Below, one piece after another: positions 17,105 through 28,331 of a stretch of 55,912 nucleotides of DNA; positions within the stretch are counted from its first letter, which is position 1; each line of letters opens with the position of its first letter. The translations under genes were made by a program, and so were the position numbers. The notes beneath the pieces are model-generated. The model was not told the DNA's origin and did not search any database. It worked only from the letters and a program-made list of their open reading frames with translations. The DNA lies in NCBI GenBank assembly GCA_051747085.1, contig JBNJFS010000002.1:1-55912 (forward strand). Direction: 5' to 3'. The DNA comes from Bacteroidota bacterium (GTDB lineage Bacteria > Bacteroidota > Bacteroidia > Bacteroidales > UBA12077).

Positions 17105-20100
17105 TTATTCCAACGCTGGTTTTACACCCACAATTAACACATCATCGACCTGTTCCTGATTGCCTCTCCAATCTTCAAAACTTTTATCGAGGTAAGCTAA
17201 TTGTTGTTCGAGAGGTAATTTATGAATGGTAAGTAAAAGGTGTCTAAATCGTCGATACTTATATTTTTTACCTTCAGGCCCACCAAATTGATCGGCATAA
17301 CCATCCGAAAAAAGATAAAAGATATCGTCCTTTTTCAGTTTAATAATCGTCTTATTGATATGATCGTCTGTTCCATCTTCAAGTAATCCAACAGAAAATC
17401 TATTTCCTCTTATTTCTTCAATTTTATTATCACGAATAAAATATAAGGGTCGAAAAGCTCCGGCAAACTCTAACAAAGCATTTTTCTTATCAATAACACA
17501 AAGGGCAATATCCATTCCATCTTTTAATCGTACATTTTCTGACTCTTTTCCAAAAGTAACTGAAACTCCTCTATTTAGCTCTTCCAATATTTTATCTGCT
17601 TCGTCAATCCCCTGGTCATCGGTTATTTTACGTAAAAGCTCAAAACCAATAATAGACATAAATGCACCAGGAACTCCATGTCCGGTACAATCAACAACAG
17701 CAATAAATATTTTATCATTTTTAATATTTACCCAGTAAAAATCCCCACTAACAATATCTTTAGGTTTATACAATATAAAGGTTGAAGGCAATAATGATTT
17801 AAAAAATTTTAATGAAGGCATTAATGCTTCCTGAATTCTTTTTGCATATACAATGCTATCGGTAATACTTTTATTTTTAATGGTCAATTCTTCTTTTTGC
17901 TTAGCCACCTGTTGGGCAATTAATTCTTTTTCTTTTAATTCCTGGTTTGACCGCCGTAATGCTTTCGTTCTATATTGAATGATCCAGAATATCATGAACA
18001 ATATCAATAATATATAAAAAGCATAAGCCAGCTTTGTCCTCCAAAAGGGAGTTAATACCTCAATCTCCAATAGTGCTCCTTTTTCATTCCATACATAATC
18101 GCTATTTGCTCCTTTTACCCTAAAGGTATATTTTCCAGGAGGTAGATTTGAAAAGGTTGCATACCTCCTATTTCCAAGGTTTATCCACTCCTCTTCTATC
18201 CCTTTCATCTTATAGGCATAAGAATTTTTGGCTGGACTTGTAAAATCAAGTGCAGCAAATTCTATGGTAATTAAATTATTCCGGTAGGGAATTCGAATAA
18301 ATTTGTTTTTCCCAACACGAACTCGTTTAAGCCTTTCATTAGCTAACAACTCAATAGAGGTAATTGCGATACTTGGAACCGTTTCATTTATCTGGATTGA
18401 ATCGGGATAAAAAGAATTAAATCCGGCAATCCCTCCAAAAAATATTTCTCCTGAAGAACTTTTAAAATAAGCCCCAAGATTAAATTCAGAATCCTGAACA
18501 CCATCGGCAACATTAAAATTACTAAAAGACTCTTCTTCAGGGTTAAACTTTGACAAACCGCGATTGGTACTCATCCATAGATTTCTGTCATCATCGGCTA
18601 AAATTGAATAGATAAGATTATTGGGGAGTCCGTCTTTTTCGGTATAAACTACAAATCGTTTGGTTTGTAAGTTCATCTTATTTAATCCGTTTACCGTGCC
18701 CAGCCATAAATCACGATTCACAGTATCTTCGTAAAGACATAGAATTTCATTTGAACTCAAACAGTCTTCGCAATAAGCGTTTGGTTTAAAGTACTTTTCT
18801 ATGTTCCCGCTAATTAAATCAAGTTTATTTAGTCCATAATCGGTTGCAATCCAGAGATTATTCCTTGAATCGAGCAGAAGATCATAAACAAGGTTAGAAC
18901 TTATCGAATGCTCATCATCGTCGCTAGCAATGTAGCTTTTAACGAGTGAGTCATTTTTTATGTTATGCAATCCATATTTTGTTCCTATCCAAAAGTTGCC
19001 CGAATCAATTTCTATAATATCATAAATCCTGTTTTTGTTTAAAATTTGGGAAATAGTATTGTTTTCGAACGTTGAAAAAACATTCTCTTCTTTATCAAAA
19101 AAACTAATTCCATCCTGGGTACCCAGCCAGTAATCACCATCATTACTTTTAAATATCTTGTGTACATAATCATTTTTTAAGGAGCTATTCCCTGTAAAAA
19201 AACGAGTAACTTTATTTGTGTTTCGGTTAAAAATATGCAATCCAGTACCCCAGGTCCCAACCCATAAAATACTATCATTTTCAGTATATATTGATGAAAT
19301 GTAGTTATTTGAAAATAAGAATTCTCCTTTATTATTTTTGGCGTAAAGATTAAATTTTTTCCTTCTTTTCTCGATTTTAATTAATCCCTGTAATGTTCCA
19401 ACCCATAAAATTCCGGTTTTATCCTCGATAATAGAGGTAACGGAAGTTGTCAGGACTATATTATTTTCAAATTTAAACTCATTATAAGTAATAAATTGCT
19501 CCGTTTTCCGGTCAAATTTATTTAATCCATCCTCTGTCGCTATCCATAAATTTTCATCAGAATCTTCGTATATATCATTAATATTATTATTTAGATTTTC
19601 TCCTTTTCTTGAATTAAAAAAGCGGGTAAAATTCTCATCTTTCCAGTTAAAACGATTAAGTCCATTCTTCGTTCCTATCCATAAGTTATCTCTACTATCT
19701 TCAAAAATAACCTTTACTCTGTTGTTACTTATTGATTTTATATTGTCAGGATCATGATTATAACGTTTAAATATCTCAAGCTCTCTATCAAAATAATTTA
19801 ATCCATCCTTTGTTCCAACCCATAGTTGATTTTTATGATCCTCAGAAATTGAGAATTTTGCATTAACCGAAATAAAACTAAAAATATCATTAAAATGCTC
19901 ATAATGTCTGAATTTTCCTGTATTAGGATTTAAACGACTTAAAAATCGTTCTGTTTTTATCCAGATAAAACCATTTCTATCCTGATATATAGAATATACC
20001 TCATCTTCAGGAATCGTATTTTGACTGGAATCATCATTTAAATATCTGAAAAATGTTTGTTTTTCAGCATCAAACTTATTTAACCCGTAATTGGTTCCTA

Positions 20101-20407
20101 CCCAGATATTATCATCGCTATCTTCAAAAATACAATGAATATAATTATTGGATATGGTTGTTGTATCGGTTGGATCGTGTTTAAAACGGGTAAAAGAATA
20201 ACCGTCATATTTATTTAAGCCATCCTGGGTTCCTATCCATAAGAATCCTTTACGATCCTGTATAAGACATTGTACACTTGTTTGCGACATGCCATCTTCG
20301 ATCGTAAAATGCTTTACATTTAGAAGCTGTCCATAAATACTTCCTGAAAAATAGAGTGGGAAAATCCCAATAAATATGGACAGCAATATGTATTTAAAAA
20401 GCTTCAT
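17105..20407 (-). CDS. Periplasmic beta-propeller/Y_Y_Y sensor fused through one TM helix to a PP2C (SpoIIE-type) phosphatase domain
   Basis: Many 'WIGTxxGLNKF' propeller repeats, a Y_Y_Y region 'YAYKMKGIEEEWINLG...GKYTFRVKG', TM 'LAYAFYILLILFMIFWIIQY', and PP2C motifs 'SGDFYWV', 'DCTGHGVPGAFMS', 'FSDGYADQFGG'. Confidence 0.85.
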   Translation of the reverse strand: MKLFKYILLSIFIGIFPLYFSGSIYGQLLNVKHFTIEDGMSQTSVQCLIQDRKGFLWIGTQDGLNKYDGYSFTRFKHDPTDTTTISNNYIHCIFEDSDDNIWVGTNYGLNKFDAEKQTFFRYLNDDSSQNTIPEDEVYSIYQDRNGFIWIKTERFLSRLNPNTGKFRHYEHFNDIFSFISVNAKFSISEDHKNQLWVGTKDGLNYFDRELEIFKRYNHDPDNIKSISNNRVKVIFEDSRDNLWIGTKNGLNRFNWKDENFTRFFNSRKGENLNNNINDIYEDSDENLWIATEDGLNKFDRKTEQFITYNEFKFENNIVLTTSVTSIIEDKTGILWVGTLQGLIKIEKRRKKFNLYAKNNKGEFLFSNNYISSIYTENDSILWVGTWGTGLHIFNRNTNKVTRFFTGNSSLKNDYVHKIFKSNDGDYWLGTQDGISFFDKEENVFSTFENNTISQILNKNRIYDIIEIDSGNFWIGTKYGLHNIKNDSLVKSYIASDDDEHSISSNLVYDLLLDSRNNLWIATDYGLNKLDLISGNIEKYFKPNAYCEDCLSSNEILCLYEDTVNRDLWLGTVNGLNKMNLQTKRFVVYTEKDGLPNNLIYSILADDDRNLWMSTNRGLSKFNPEEESFSNFNVADGVQDSEFNLGAYFKSSSGEIFFGGIAGFNSFYPDSIQINETVPSIAITSIELLANERLKRVRVGKNKFIRIPYRNNLITIEFAALDFTSPAKNSYAYKMKGIEEEWINLGNRRYATFSNLPPGKYTFRVKGANSDYVWNEKGALLEIEVLTPFWRTKLAYAFYILLILFMIFWIIQYRTKALRRSNQELKEKELIAQQVAKQKEELTIKNKSITDSIVYAKRIQEALMPSLKFFKSLLPSTFILYKPKDIVSGDFYWVNIKNDKIFIAVVDCTGHGVPGAFMSIIGFELLRKITDDQGIDEADKILEELNRGVSVTFGKESENVRLKDGMDIALCVIDKKNALLEFAGAFRPLYFIRDNKIEEIRGNRFSVGLLEDGTDDHINKTIIKLKKDDIFYLFSDGYADQFGGPEGKKYKYRRFRHLLLTIHKLPLEQQLAYLDKSFEDWRGNQEQVDDVLIVGVKPALE

Positions 20408-20479
20408 TTATATATTGCTAATTTAATATATATTCGTAATAAAGCAAAGGTTTATGTATAGTTTAAACATGCTTTTCGT

Positions 20480-22387
20480 TTACTCTCCTGCAATTGCACC
20501 TCCACGGTATAACATTTTTTGATACTTCAACGAAGGGGAGGATATAAATTTACCAATATTGTAATTATTCCATTTCTTATCAACCTTTTGAATGGTAGGT
20601 AGGTTTGAGCTAACAATATTTGGCCAGTCTCTCTTAAAGTTATCTTTTCCTTTCACTTTTCTTGTTGCATCAATAAAAATGCATGAATGCGTATAATCTT
20701 GTTTTAATAAAATATAGGAGTCTCTTTTAGGATCAATGTTTCCCGATGCAATCCAAATGACCAAATCCCAATCTGAAACATCCACTACGTCATCAACTAA
20801 CACACACATTTTAATTTGATTAAATCCTTCGCTATGAAATAACTTCTTAACCAGGTTTTCTATATGTGTTTTGTTTTTCTTTTTTACCGATAAGATTAAA
20901 ACACCATTATTTCTTACGGTAGTATATATATGGGCATCTGTAATTTCAATAAACTCATTTTTTAAGTCATCAATATTTAGTGACTCATTATTCTTGTTTT
21001 TTAATATTTCATCGGGAATTTCATCCTCAAATTTAGTGGTCGCATCAATTCCCATTTTGCTTCCAAATGCCATTTTTGAAGATGAATGATCTAAGACATC
21101 CAGAGGTCCCTGCATAAAATGAATATTGTGAGAAGAATTCATATTATCCAACACAACATCAACTAATTCATCATAATGATGAATATTAACCTTCTGATCT
21201 ACAACAATCATTATTTTATTAAACATCATCTGTCCTGCTCCCCAAAGGGCATTCATTACCTTTAAGGCCTGTCCGGGATAGGTTTTGTTAATTTTTATAA
21301 TAGCAATATTATGAGCAACACCTGCAAAAGGAAGATCGTAATCAATTATTTCCGGAAGAATAGCCATTTTAATAGGTGTTAAAAAAATTCGTTCCGTTGC
21401 TTTTCCAATCCATGCATCTTCCATTGGTGGTACGCCTACAACTGTAGCCGGATAAACAGCATCTTTGCGATGAGTAATGCATGTTACGTGAAATTTGGGG
21501 TACCAATCGGCTAACGAATAAAATCCTGTATGATCGCCAAAAGGTCCTTCCCAAATAAAATCTTCCTCAGGATCAATATATCCTTCAATAATAATATCTG
21601 CATCTTTAGGCACTTCAATATCTTGTGTCATACATTTTACCATTTCAACGCTCTTTTTTCTTAAAAATCCTGCTAATATATATTCATCAATATTATCAGG
21701 AACAGGAGCTGTAGCAGAGTATGTATAAACAGGGTCTCCTCCCAGTGCAACAGCAACAGGCATCTTTTTTCCTAATTTTTTATATTCGGAAAAATGTCTT
21801 GCACCTACTTTATGTTTATGCCAATGCATTCCTGTAAGGTTATTATTGAAAACTTGCATCCTGTACATTCCTACATTCCTAATCCGGGTATGAGGATCTT
21901 TGGTAATAACCATTGGCAGGGTAACAAAAGGACCTCCATCTTCGGGCCAACATTTTAGCACCGGTAAAATAGATAAATCAGGATTATGATGTACTACTTC
22001 CTGACTTTTACCTCTGCCCTTAACAACTTTGGGCATCCACGAAGAAATACCCGATAGTTTTGGTAGTAACTTAATCTTCTCAAGTATACTGTTTTTGGGT
22101 GATGATAAATCGGCAAATAAATTTTCTAATTCAGTACCAATATCATCCAGATTCTTCACTTCAAGGGCAAGCTTCATTCTTTTTTCAGAACCCATGGCAT
22201 TGATTAATATCGGAAAATTGGTTCCGGTATTTTCGAACAATAAAGCTTTCCCCCCATCAGGTTGTTTTGAGATACGGTCGGTAATTTCTGTTATTTCCAA
22301 TTCAGGATCTACCTTTTCTGTAATCCTTATTAGTTCTCCCTGATTCTCTAATCGCTTGATAAAATGGTTCAATGAGTCAAATGGCAT
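20480..22387 (-). CDS. UbiD-family (prenylated-FMN-dependent) decarboxylase, long form
   Basis: 'RIRNVGMYRMQV', 'VAVALGGDPV', 'EGPFGDHTGFYS'. At 635 aa it has a C-terminal extension relative to ~500-aa UbiD. Confidence 0.85.
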   Translation of the reverse strand: MPFDSLNHFIKRLENQGELIRITEKVDPELEITEITDRISKQPDGGKALLFENTGTNFPILINAMGSEKRMKLALEVKNLDDIGTELENLFADLSSPKNSILEKIKLLPKLSGISSWMPKVVKGRGKSQEVVHHNPDLSILPVLKCWPEDGGPFVTLPMVITKDPHTRIRNVGMYRMQVFNNNLTGMHWHKHKVGARHFSEYKKLGKKMPVAVALGGDPVYTYSATAPVPDNIDEYILAGFLRKKSVEMVKCMTQDIEVPKDADIIIEGYIDPEEDFIWEGPFGDHTGFYSLADWYPKFHVTCITHRKDAVYPATVVGVPPMEDAWIGKATERIFLTPIKMAILPEIIDYDLPFAGVAHNIAIIKINKTYPGQALKVMNALWGAGQMMFNKIMIVVDQKVNIHHYDELVDVVLDNMNSSHNIHFMQGPLDVLDHSSSKMAFGSKMGIDATTKFEDEIPDEILKNKNNESLNIDDLKNEFIEITDAHIYTTVRNNGVLILSVKKKNKTHIENLVKKLFHSEGFNQIKMCVLVDDVVDVSDWDLVIWIASGNIDPKRDSYILLKQDYTHSCIFIDATRKVKGKDNFKRDWPNIVSSNLPTIQKVDKKWNNYNIGKFISSPSLKYQKMLYRGGAIAGE

Positions 22388-22456
22388 GGTATTGGTTTTT
22401 AAACAAAAGATAAGAAATATACAAAAAAAGTATGATACTGTTGAATTGAGGAAAAC

Positions 22457-22498
22457 AAAAAAAGGCTGGGTATCGGTTATATCCCTAAACCCAACCTT
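22457..22498 (-). terminator. Rho-independent terminator after eno
   Basis: 10-bp stem AAGGCTGGGT (22462..22471) / ACCCAACCTT (22489..22498) with one G-U pair. An A-run on the plus strand gives a U-run on the minus strand. Confidence 0.65.
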
Positions 22499-22518
22499 TA
22501 TTATTTAAAAAGTTTTTT

Positions 22519-23829
<1,311 letters not shown>

Positions 23830-23919
23830 TTAATGAAATAAGAATTCAAATTTAGTGAATTATGAATTTATTTTAAAATCAGTTAATTAAATTTTTATAA
23901 ACATTTACAATCAGGATAT

Positions 23920-23942
23920 AAAAAAAGGGCGTTATGACGCCC
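23920..23942 (-). terminator. Rho-independent terminator closing the ribosomal superoperon
   Basis: Stem GGGCGT (23927..23932) / ACGCCC (23937..23942) with a 7-nt U-run on the minus strand. Confidence 0.75.
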
Positions 23943-23967
23943 TTTTAACTGAGATATTTAATAAATA

Positions 23968-24690
23968 TTAGTCTTTTTTCTCGTCTGTCTTTTCTTCTTT
24001 CTTCTCTTTTTCTTCTTTCTTAGCTTCTGCTTTTTTATCAGAGGTTTCTTTTTTAACCTTTTTTTCCTTCGGCTCTTCTTTCTTCTTTTCTGTTTCTACA
24101 GCTTCTGCTTTGGCTTCCGTTTTTTCTTCGGTTTCATCTTTAGCTTCTTCTTTTATTTCTTTAGCTTCCTCAACCTCTTTCTTTTCTGCCTTGGCCTCTT
24201 CGCCTTCGGGGGCAGTTGGTTGTTCGGTTTGTTGAGTTGCTTCCTCTGCAGGTTTAGATTTTTTACCACCTCTACGGCTACGTCGTGCAGAAGATTTTTG
24301 TTGTTTCTCTTCTTTCGCCGCTAAAAGATTTTCGTTATAATCAACCAATTCGATGATGCACATATCGGCATTATCTCCTAAACGGGTACCTGTCTTTAAT
24401 ATTCTTGTATAGCCACCGGCTCTGCTCATTACTTTAGCACCAACTTCTCTGAATAATTCAGTTACAGCATCTTTGTTTTGCAAATAGCTGAATACCGTTC
24501 TCCTGGAATGAGTTGAATCATCTTTTGCTTTAGTAATTAAAGGTTCAACATACATTCTTAATGCTTTAGCTTTAGCTGTGGTAGTAGATATTCTTTTATG
24601 TAAAATTAACGATGCTGCCATGTTCGCTAACATTGCTTTTCTATGCGCAGGTTTTCTGCTTAAGTGGTTAAATGATTTTTTATGTCTCAT
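23968..24690 (-). CDS. rplQ: 50S ribosomal protein L17 with long Lys/Glu-rich C-terminal extension
   Basis: '[25 protein letters not shown]...[10 protein letters not shown]' L17 core, followed by a ~120-aa KE-rich tail. Confidence 0.95.
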   Translation of the reverse strand: MRHKKSFNHLSRKPAHRKAMLANMAASLILHKRISTTTAKAKALRMYVEPLITKAKDDSTHSRRTVFSYLQNKDAVTELFREVGAKVMSRAGGYTRILKTGTRLGDNADMCIIELVDYNENLLAAKEEKQQKSSARRSRRGGKKSKPAEEATQQTEQPTAPEGEEAKAEKKEVEEAKEIKEEAKDETEEKTEAKAEAVETEKKKEEPKEKKVKKETSDKKAEAKKEEKEKKEEKTDEKKD

Positions 24691-24702
24691 CCTATTATCC
24701 TT

Positions 24703-25695
24703 TTACTCCTTGTCTAATTTATACTTAGAGATATCCATTCCAAATGTAAGATTCATTTGGCTAAGTAAATCTTCTAATTCAGTCAATGATTTTTTTCCAA
24801 AGTTTCTAAACTTCAATAAATCGTTCTTGTTATATCTTACTAAATCGCCAAGTGTATCAACTTCTGCAGCTTTCAAACAGTTTAAAGCTCTAACAGAAAG
24901 ATCAAGATCTACCAATCTTGTTTTAAGCAACTGACGCATATGTAATACTTCTTCGTCGAACTCTTCGTTTGCATATTTTTCATCCGAATCGAGTGTGATT
25001 TTCTCATCAGAAAACAACATCAGATGATAAATAAGAATCTTGGCTGCCTCTTTTAATGCTTCTTTAGGATGTATTGATCCATCGGATTCAATTTCAAAAA
25101 CTAACTTTTCGTAATCAGTTTTTTGTTCTACACGATAATTTTCGATAGAATATTTAACGTTTCGTATCGGTGTAAAGATTGAATCTATGGCAACAACTCC
25201 ATATTCTGCATCAATCGATTTGTTCTCTTCAGCAGGAACATATCCTCTGCCTTTGCTAACGGTAAGTTCTATTTGAAGTTTCACATCCGTTTCCAACTCA
25301 CAAATCACATGATCAGAATTTAGAACTTTAAAATTTGTAGAGTAATTATTGATATCACCGGCTTTAAATTCATTTTGCCCGGTAATTGTAACGGTTATCT
25401 TTTCATCTTCGGCTTCTTCTACAGTACGTTTAAAACGCACTTGTTTAAGATTCAGGATAATTTCTGATACATCTTGTACTACACCAGCTATTGTAGAAAA
25501 TTCATGTTCTACACCTTCTATTTTAATAGATGTAATAGCATATCCTTCTAATGATGATAACAATATCCTTCGTAAAGAATTGCCGACAGTAATCCCATAA
25601 CCTGGCTCTAAAGGACGAAACTCAAATTTACCATAAGTTTCGTTTGCTTCAACCATTATGACCTTATCGGGCTTTTGAAATGCTAAAATTGCCAT
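24703..25695 (-). CDS. rpoA: DNA-directed RNA polymerase subunit alpha
   Basis: '[20 protein letters not shown]', C-terminal domain '[23 protein letters not shown]'. Confidence 0.97.
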   Translation of the reverse strand: MAILAFQKPDKVIMVEANETYGKFEFRPLEPGYGITVGNSLRRILLSSLEGYAITSIKIEGVEHEFSTIAGVVQDVSEIILNLKQVRFKRTVEEAEDEKITVTITGQNEFKAGDINNYSTNFKVLNSDHVICELETDVKLQIELTVSKGRGYVPAEENKSIDAEYGVVAIDSIFTPIRNVKYSIENYRVEQKTDYEKLVFEIESDGSIHPKEALKEAAKILIYHLMLFSDEKITLDSDEKYANEEFDEEVLHMRQLLKTRLVDLDLSVRALNCLKAAEVDTLGDLVRYNKNDLLKFRNFGKKSLTELEDLLSQMNLTFGMDISKYKLDKE

Positions 25696-25713
25696 AAATA
25701 ATAAATAATTATT

Positions 25714-26322
25714 TTATTTGGAATATAATTCTACAATTAACTGTTCCTTAATATTTTCAGGAATTTCAGAACGCTCAGGGATATTTAAAAATTTACCCGC
25801 CATTTGTTCTGAATCCCATTCTAACCACGAATACTTATTGTATCGGGCAGACGTTAAGCTATTATTAATTGCTTCGAGCGATTTTGATTTTTCACGAACA
25901 CCAATAATATCATTTGCTTTGAGGGTGAATGAAGGAATACTTACAATGGTTCCGTTTACAGTTATATGTTTATGAGAAACAAATTGACGTGCTGCAGCTC
26001 TTGTTGGAGCAATGCCCATACGATAAACTACATTATCAAGTCGTGATTCTAATAATTGTAAAAGGTTTTCTCCGGTAATCCCTTTCTTTCGTGATGCCTG
26101 AGCAAATAAATTATAGAATTGTTTTTCAAGAATACCATAGGTGTACTTTGCTTTCTGCTTTTCCATCAATTGTACACCATATTCAGAAAGCTTTTTCCTT
26201 CGCTTATTTGCTCCTTGTTCTCCGGGAGGATAATTTTTCTTTTCGAAAAATTTGTCGGGTCCATAAATGGGTTCTCCTAACTTCCTCGCTATTTTTGATT
26301 TTGGTCCTCTATATCTAGCCAT
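25714..26322 (-). CDS. rpsD: 30S ribosomal protein S4
   Basis: '[17 protein letters not shown]', '[13 protein letters not shown]'. Confidence 0.97.
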   Translation of the reverse strand: MARYRGPKSKIARKLGEPIYGPDKFFEKKNYPPGEQGANKRRKKLSEYGVQLMEKQKAKYTYGILEKQFYNLFAQASRKKGITGENLLQLLESRLDNVVYRMGIAPTRAAARQFVSHKHITVNGTIVSIPSFTLKANDIIGVREKSKSLEAINNSLTSARYNKYSWLEWDSEQMAGKFLNIPERSEIPENIKEQLIVELYSK

Positions 26323-26366
26323 GAATCTTAATATTAATCTTTTATTCTACCTCAATTAACTTTACA

Positions 26367-26756
26367 TTAAACCCTTCTACGAGCAGGTGGTCGACATCCA
26401 TTATGAGGTAATGGAGTAACATCAACAATCTCGGTAACTTCAATACCAGCATTATGAATGGTACGCATAGCCGATTCTCGTCCTGCTCCTGGTCCTTTAA
26501 CAAATGCTTTTACTTTTCTTAGCCCAAGATCGTAAGCTACTTTAGCACATTCCTCAGCAGCAACTTGTGCTGCATAAGGGGTATTCTTTTTTGATCCTCT
26601 AAACCCCATTTTTCCTGATGAAGACCAGGAAATAACCTGACCATTACTATTGGTCAGTGATATAATGATATTGTTAAAAGAAGCATGAATGTGTGCTTGT
26701 CCTGTAGCTTCAACCTTTACAACCTTTTTTCTAGAAGTTCCAGTCTTTTTTGCCAT
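26367..26756 (-). CDS. rpsK: 30S ribosomal protein S11
   Basis: '[17 protein letters not shown]', '[13 protein letters not shown]'. Confidence 0.97.
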   Translation of the reverse strand: MAKKTGTSRKKVVKVEATGQAHIHASFNNIIISLTNSNGQVISWSSSGKMGFRGSKKNTPYAAQVAAEECAKVAYDLGLRKVKAFVKGPGAGRESAMRTIHNAGIEVTEIVDVTPLPHNGCRPPARRRV

Positions 26757-26766
26757 TTCTTAACGA

Positions 26767-27144
26767 TTATTTAGTTGCTTTCTTTTTATTAGCAATAGTT
26801 TTTCTTTTTCCTTTTCTCGTTCTCGCATTATTTTTTGTACTTTGACCACGTACGGGTAAACCAATACGATGTCTTATACCCCGGTAGCATCCAATATCCA
26901 TTAATCGTTTAATGTTCATTTGAACTTCAGAACGTAATGCTCCTTCTACCTTGTATTTTTCGTTCACTATCTGTCGGACCTTTGCTATTTGGTCGTCGTT
27001 CCAGTCACTTACTTTAATGTTATGGTCGATTCCTGCTTCATTCAAAACACTTTCAGCATTACTACGACCAATTCCGTAGATATAGGTTAAACCTATTACA
27101 CCTCTTTTATTTTTTGGTAAATCTACTCCTACAATTCTTGCCAT
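26767..27144 (-). CDS. rpsM: 30S ribosomal protein S13
   Basis: '[14 protein letters not shown]', '[15 protein letters not shown]'. Confidence 0.97.
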   Translation of the reverse strand: MARIVGVDLPKNKRGVIGLTYIYGIGRSNAESVLNEAGIDHNIKVSDWNDDQIAKVRQIVNEKYKVEGALRSEVQMNIKRLMDIGCYRGIRHRIGLPVRGQSTKNNARTRKGKRKTIANKKKATK

Positions 27145-27178
27145 AAATCTAATTTAATTAAAGTACAAAGTTAATAAT

Positions 27179-27295
27179 TTATCCCTGCCGTTGTTTAAAC
27201 TTGGGATTTTTTTTGTTAATAACGTATAGCCTGCCTTTTCGTCGAACGATTTTACATTCGCTACTGCGTTTTTTTACAGATGCTCTGACTTTCAT
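27179..27295 (-). CDS. rpmJ: 50S ribosomal protein L36
   Basis: Not in the ORF track (38 aa). Hand translation of the minus strand gives '[38 protein letters not shown]' then a stop, in the expected slot between infA and rpsM. Confidence 0.93.
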   Translation of the reverse strand: MKVRASVKKRSSECKIVRRKGRLYVINKKNPKFKQRQG

Positions 27296-27308
27296 TTTCT
27301 ATTTTTTT

Positions 27309-27527
27309 TTATTTATATCTATAAGTTATTCGTCCTTTTGTAAGATCATAAGGAGACATTTCAACCTTAACTTTATCGCCAGGTAAAATTTTAATGTAAT
27401 GCATTCGCATTTTACCTGAAATATGTGCTGTTATAACATGACCATTTTCTAACTCTACTCTAAACATTGCATTAGACAATGCTTCAATAATGGTTCCGTC
27501 TTGTTCAATTGAAGGTTGTTTTGCCAT
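27309..27527 (-). CDS. infA: Translation initiation factor IF-1
   Basis: '[33 protein letters not shown]'. Confidence 0.97.
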   Translation of the reverse strand: MAKQPSIEQDGTIIEALSNAMFRVELENGHVITAHISGKMRMHYIKILPGDKVKVEMSPYDLTKGRITYRYK

Positions 27528-27530
27528 AAA

Positions 27531-28313
27531 CTAAATTTCCGTTTTTAATATTTCTTCAATATATTCAAATGTTGTTAAAATATCTGTTTTTCCTTTATCA
27601 ACAGCTACTGCCAGTTCATAATGAGCCGAGGGTTTACCATCTAAAGTACGGATAGTCCAACCGTCCGGATCTTGTTTTATAAATTTTGTGCCCAAATTTA
27701 TCATAGGCTCAATGCATAAAACCAATCCTTTTTTAAGCTTAACACCTCTGCCTCTTCTTCCATAGTTAGGAACTTCTGGTGCTTCATGCATATTTTTACC
27801 TAATCCATGCCCTACCATTTCACGAACTACGGAGTAACCGGCCTTTTCGGCATGCATCTGTACAGCATATCCGATATCACCAACTCTGTTTCCTTCAATG
27901 GCTTGTTCAACGCCCAATAAAAGTGATTCTTTTGTTGTACGTAATAATTGCATGACATCATCACTAACATTTCCTACTGGAAAAGTATATGCAGAATCAC
28001 CATAATAGCCATCCATAATAGTCCCACAATCAATGGAAACAATATCTCCATCTCTCAACTCATAATCAGAGGGTATTCCATGTACCACTTGATCATTAAC
28101 CGATGTACATAAGGTGTTTGGAAAACCTCCGTACCCTAAAAAACCTGGTACTGCTCCATTATCCCTAATATACTCTTCAGCTACTTTATCCAGCTCAAGT
28201 GTTGTAACACCTGGCTTAATCCGTTTAGCTACTTCGGCCAATGTTTTCGAAACAAGTAAATTATTTCGTCTGATAATCTCAATTTCCTCTTGGCTTTTAT
28301 AAACTAACATCAA
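27531..28313 (-). CDS. map: Type I methionine aminopeptidase
   Basis: 'VHGIP', 'DIVSIDCG', 'VGHGLG', 'LCIEPM'. Confidence 0.95.
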   Translation of the reverse strand: MMLVYKSQEEIEIIRRNNLLVSKTLAEVAKRIKPGVTTLELDKVAEEYIRDNGAVPGFLGYGGFPNTLCTSVNDQVVHGIPSDYELRDGDIVSIDCGTIMDGYYGDSAYTFPVGNVSDDVMQLLRTTKESLLLGVEQAIEGNRVGDIGYAVQMHAEKAGYSVVREMVGHGLGKNMHEAPEVPNYGRRGRGVKLKKGLVLCIEPMINLGTKFIKQDPDGWTIRTLDGKPSAHYELAVAVDKGKTDILTTFEYIEEILKTEI

Positions 28314-28331
28314 AGAACGTTAATAATTTGA

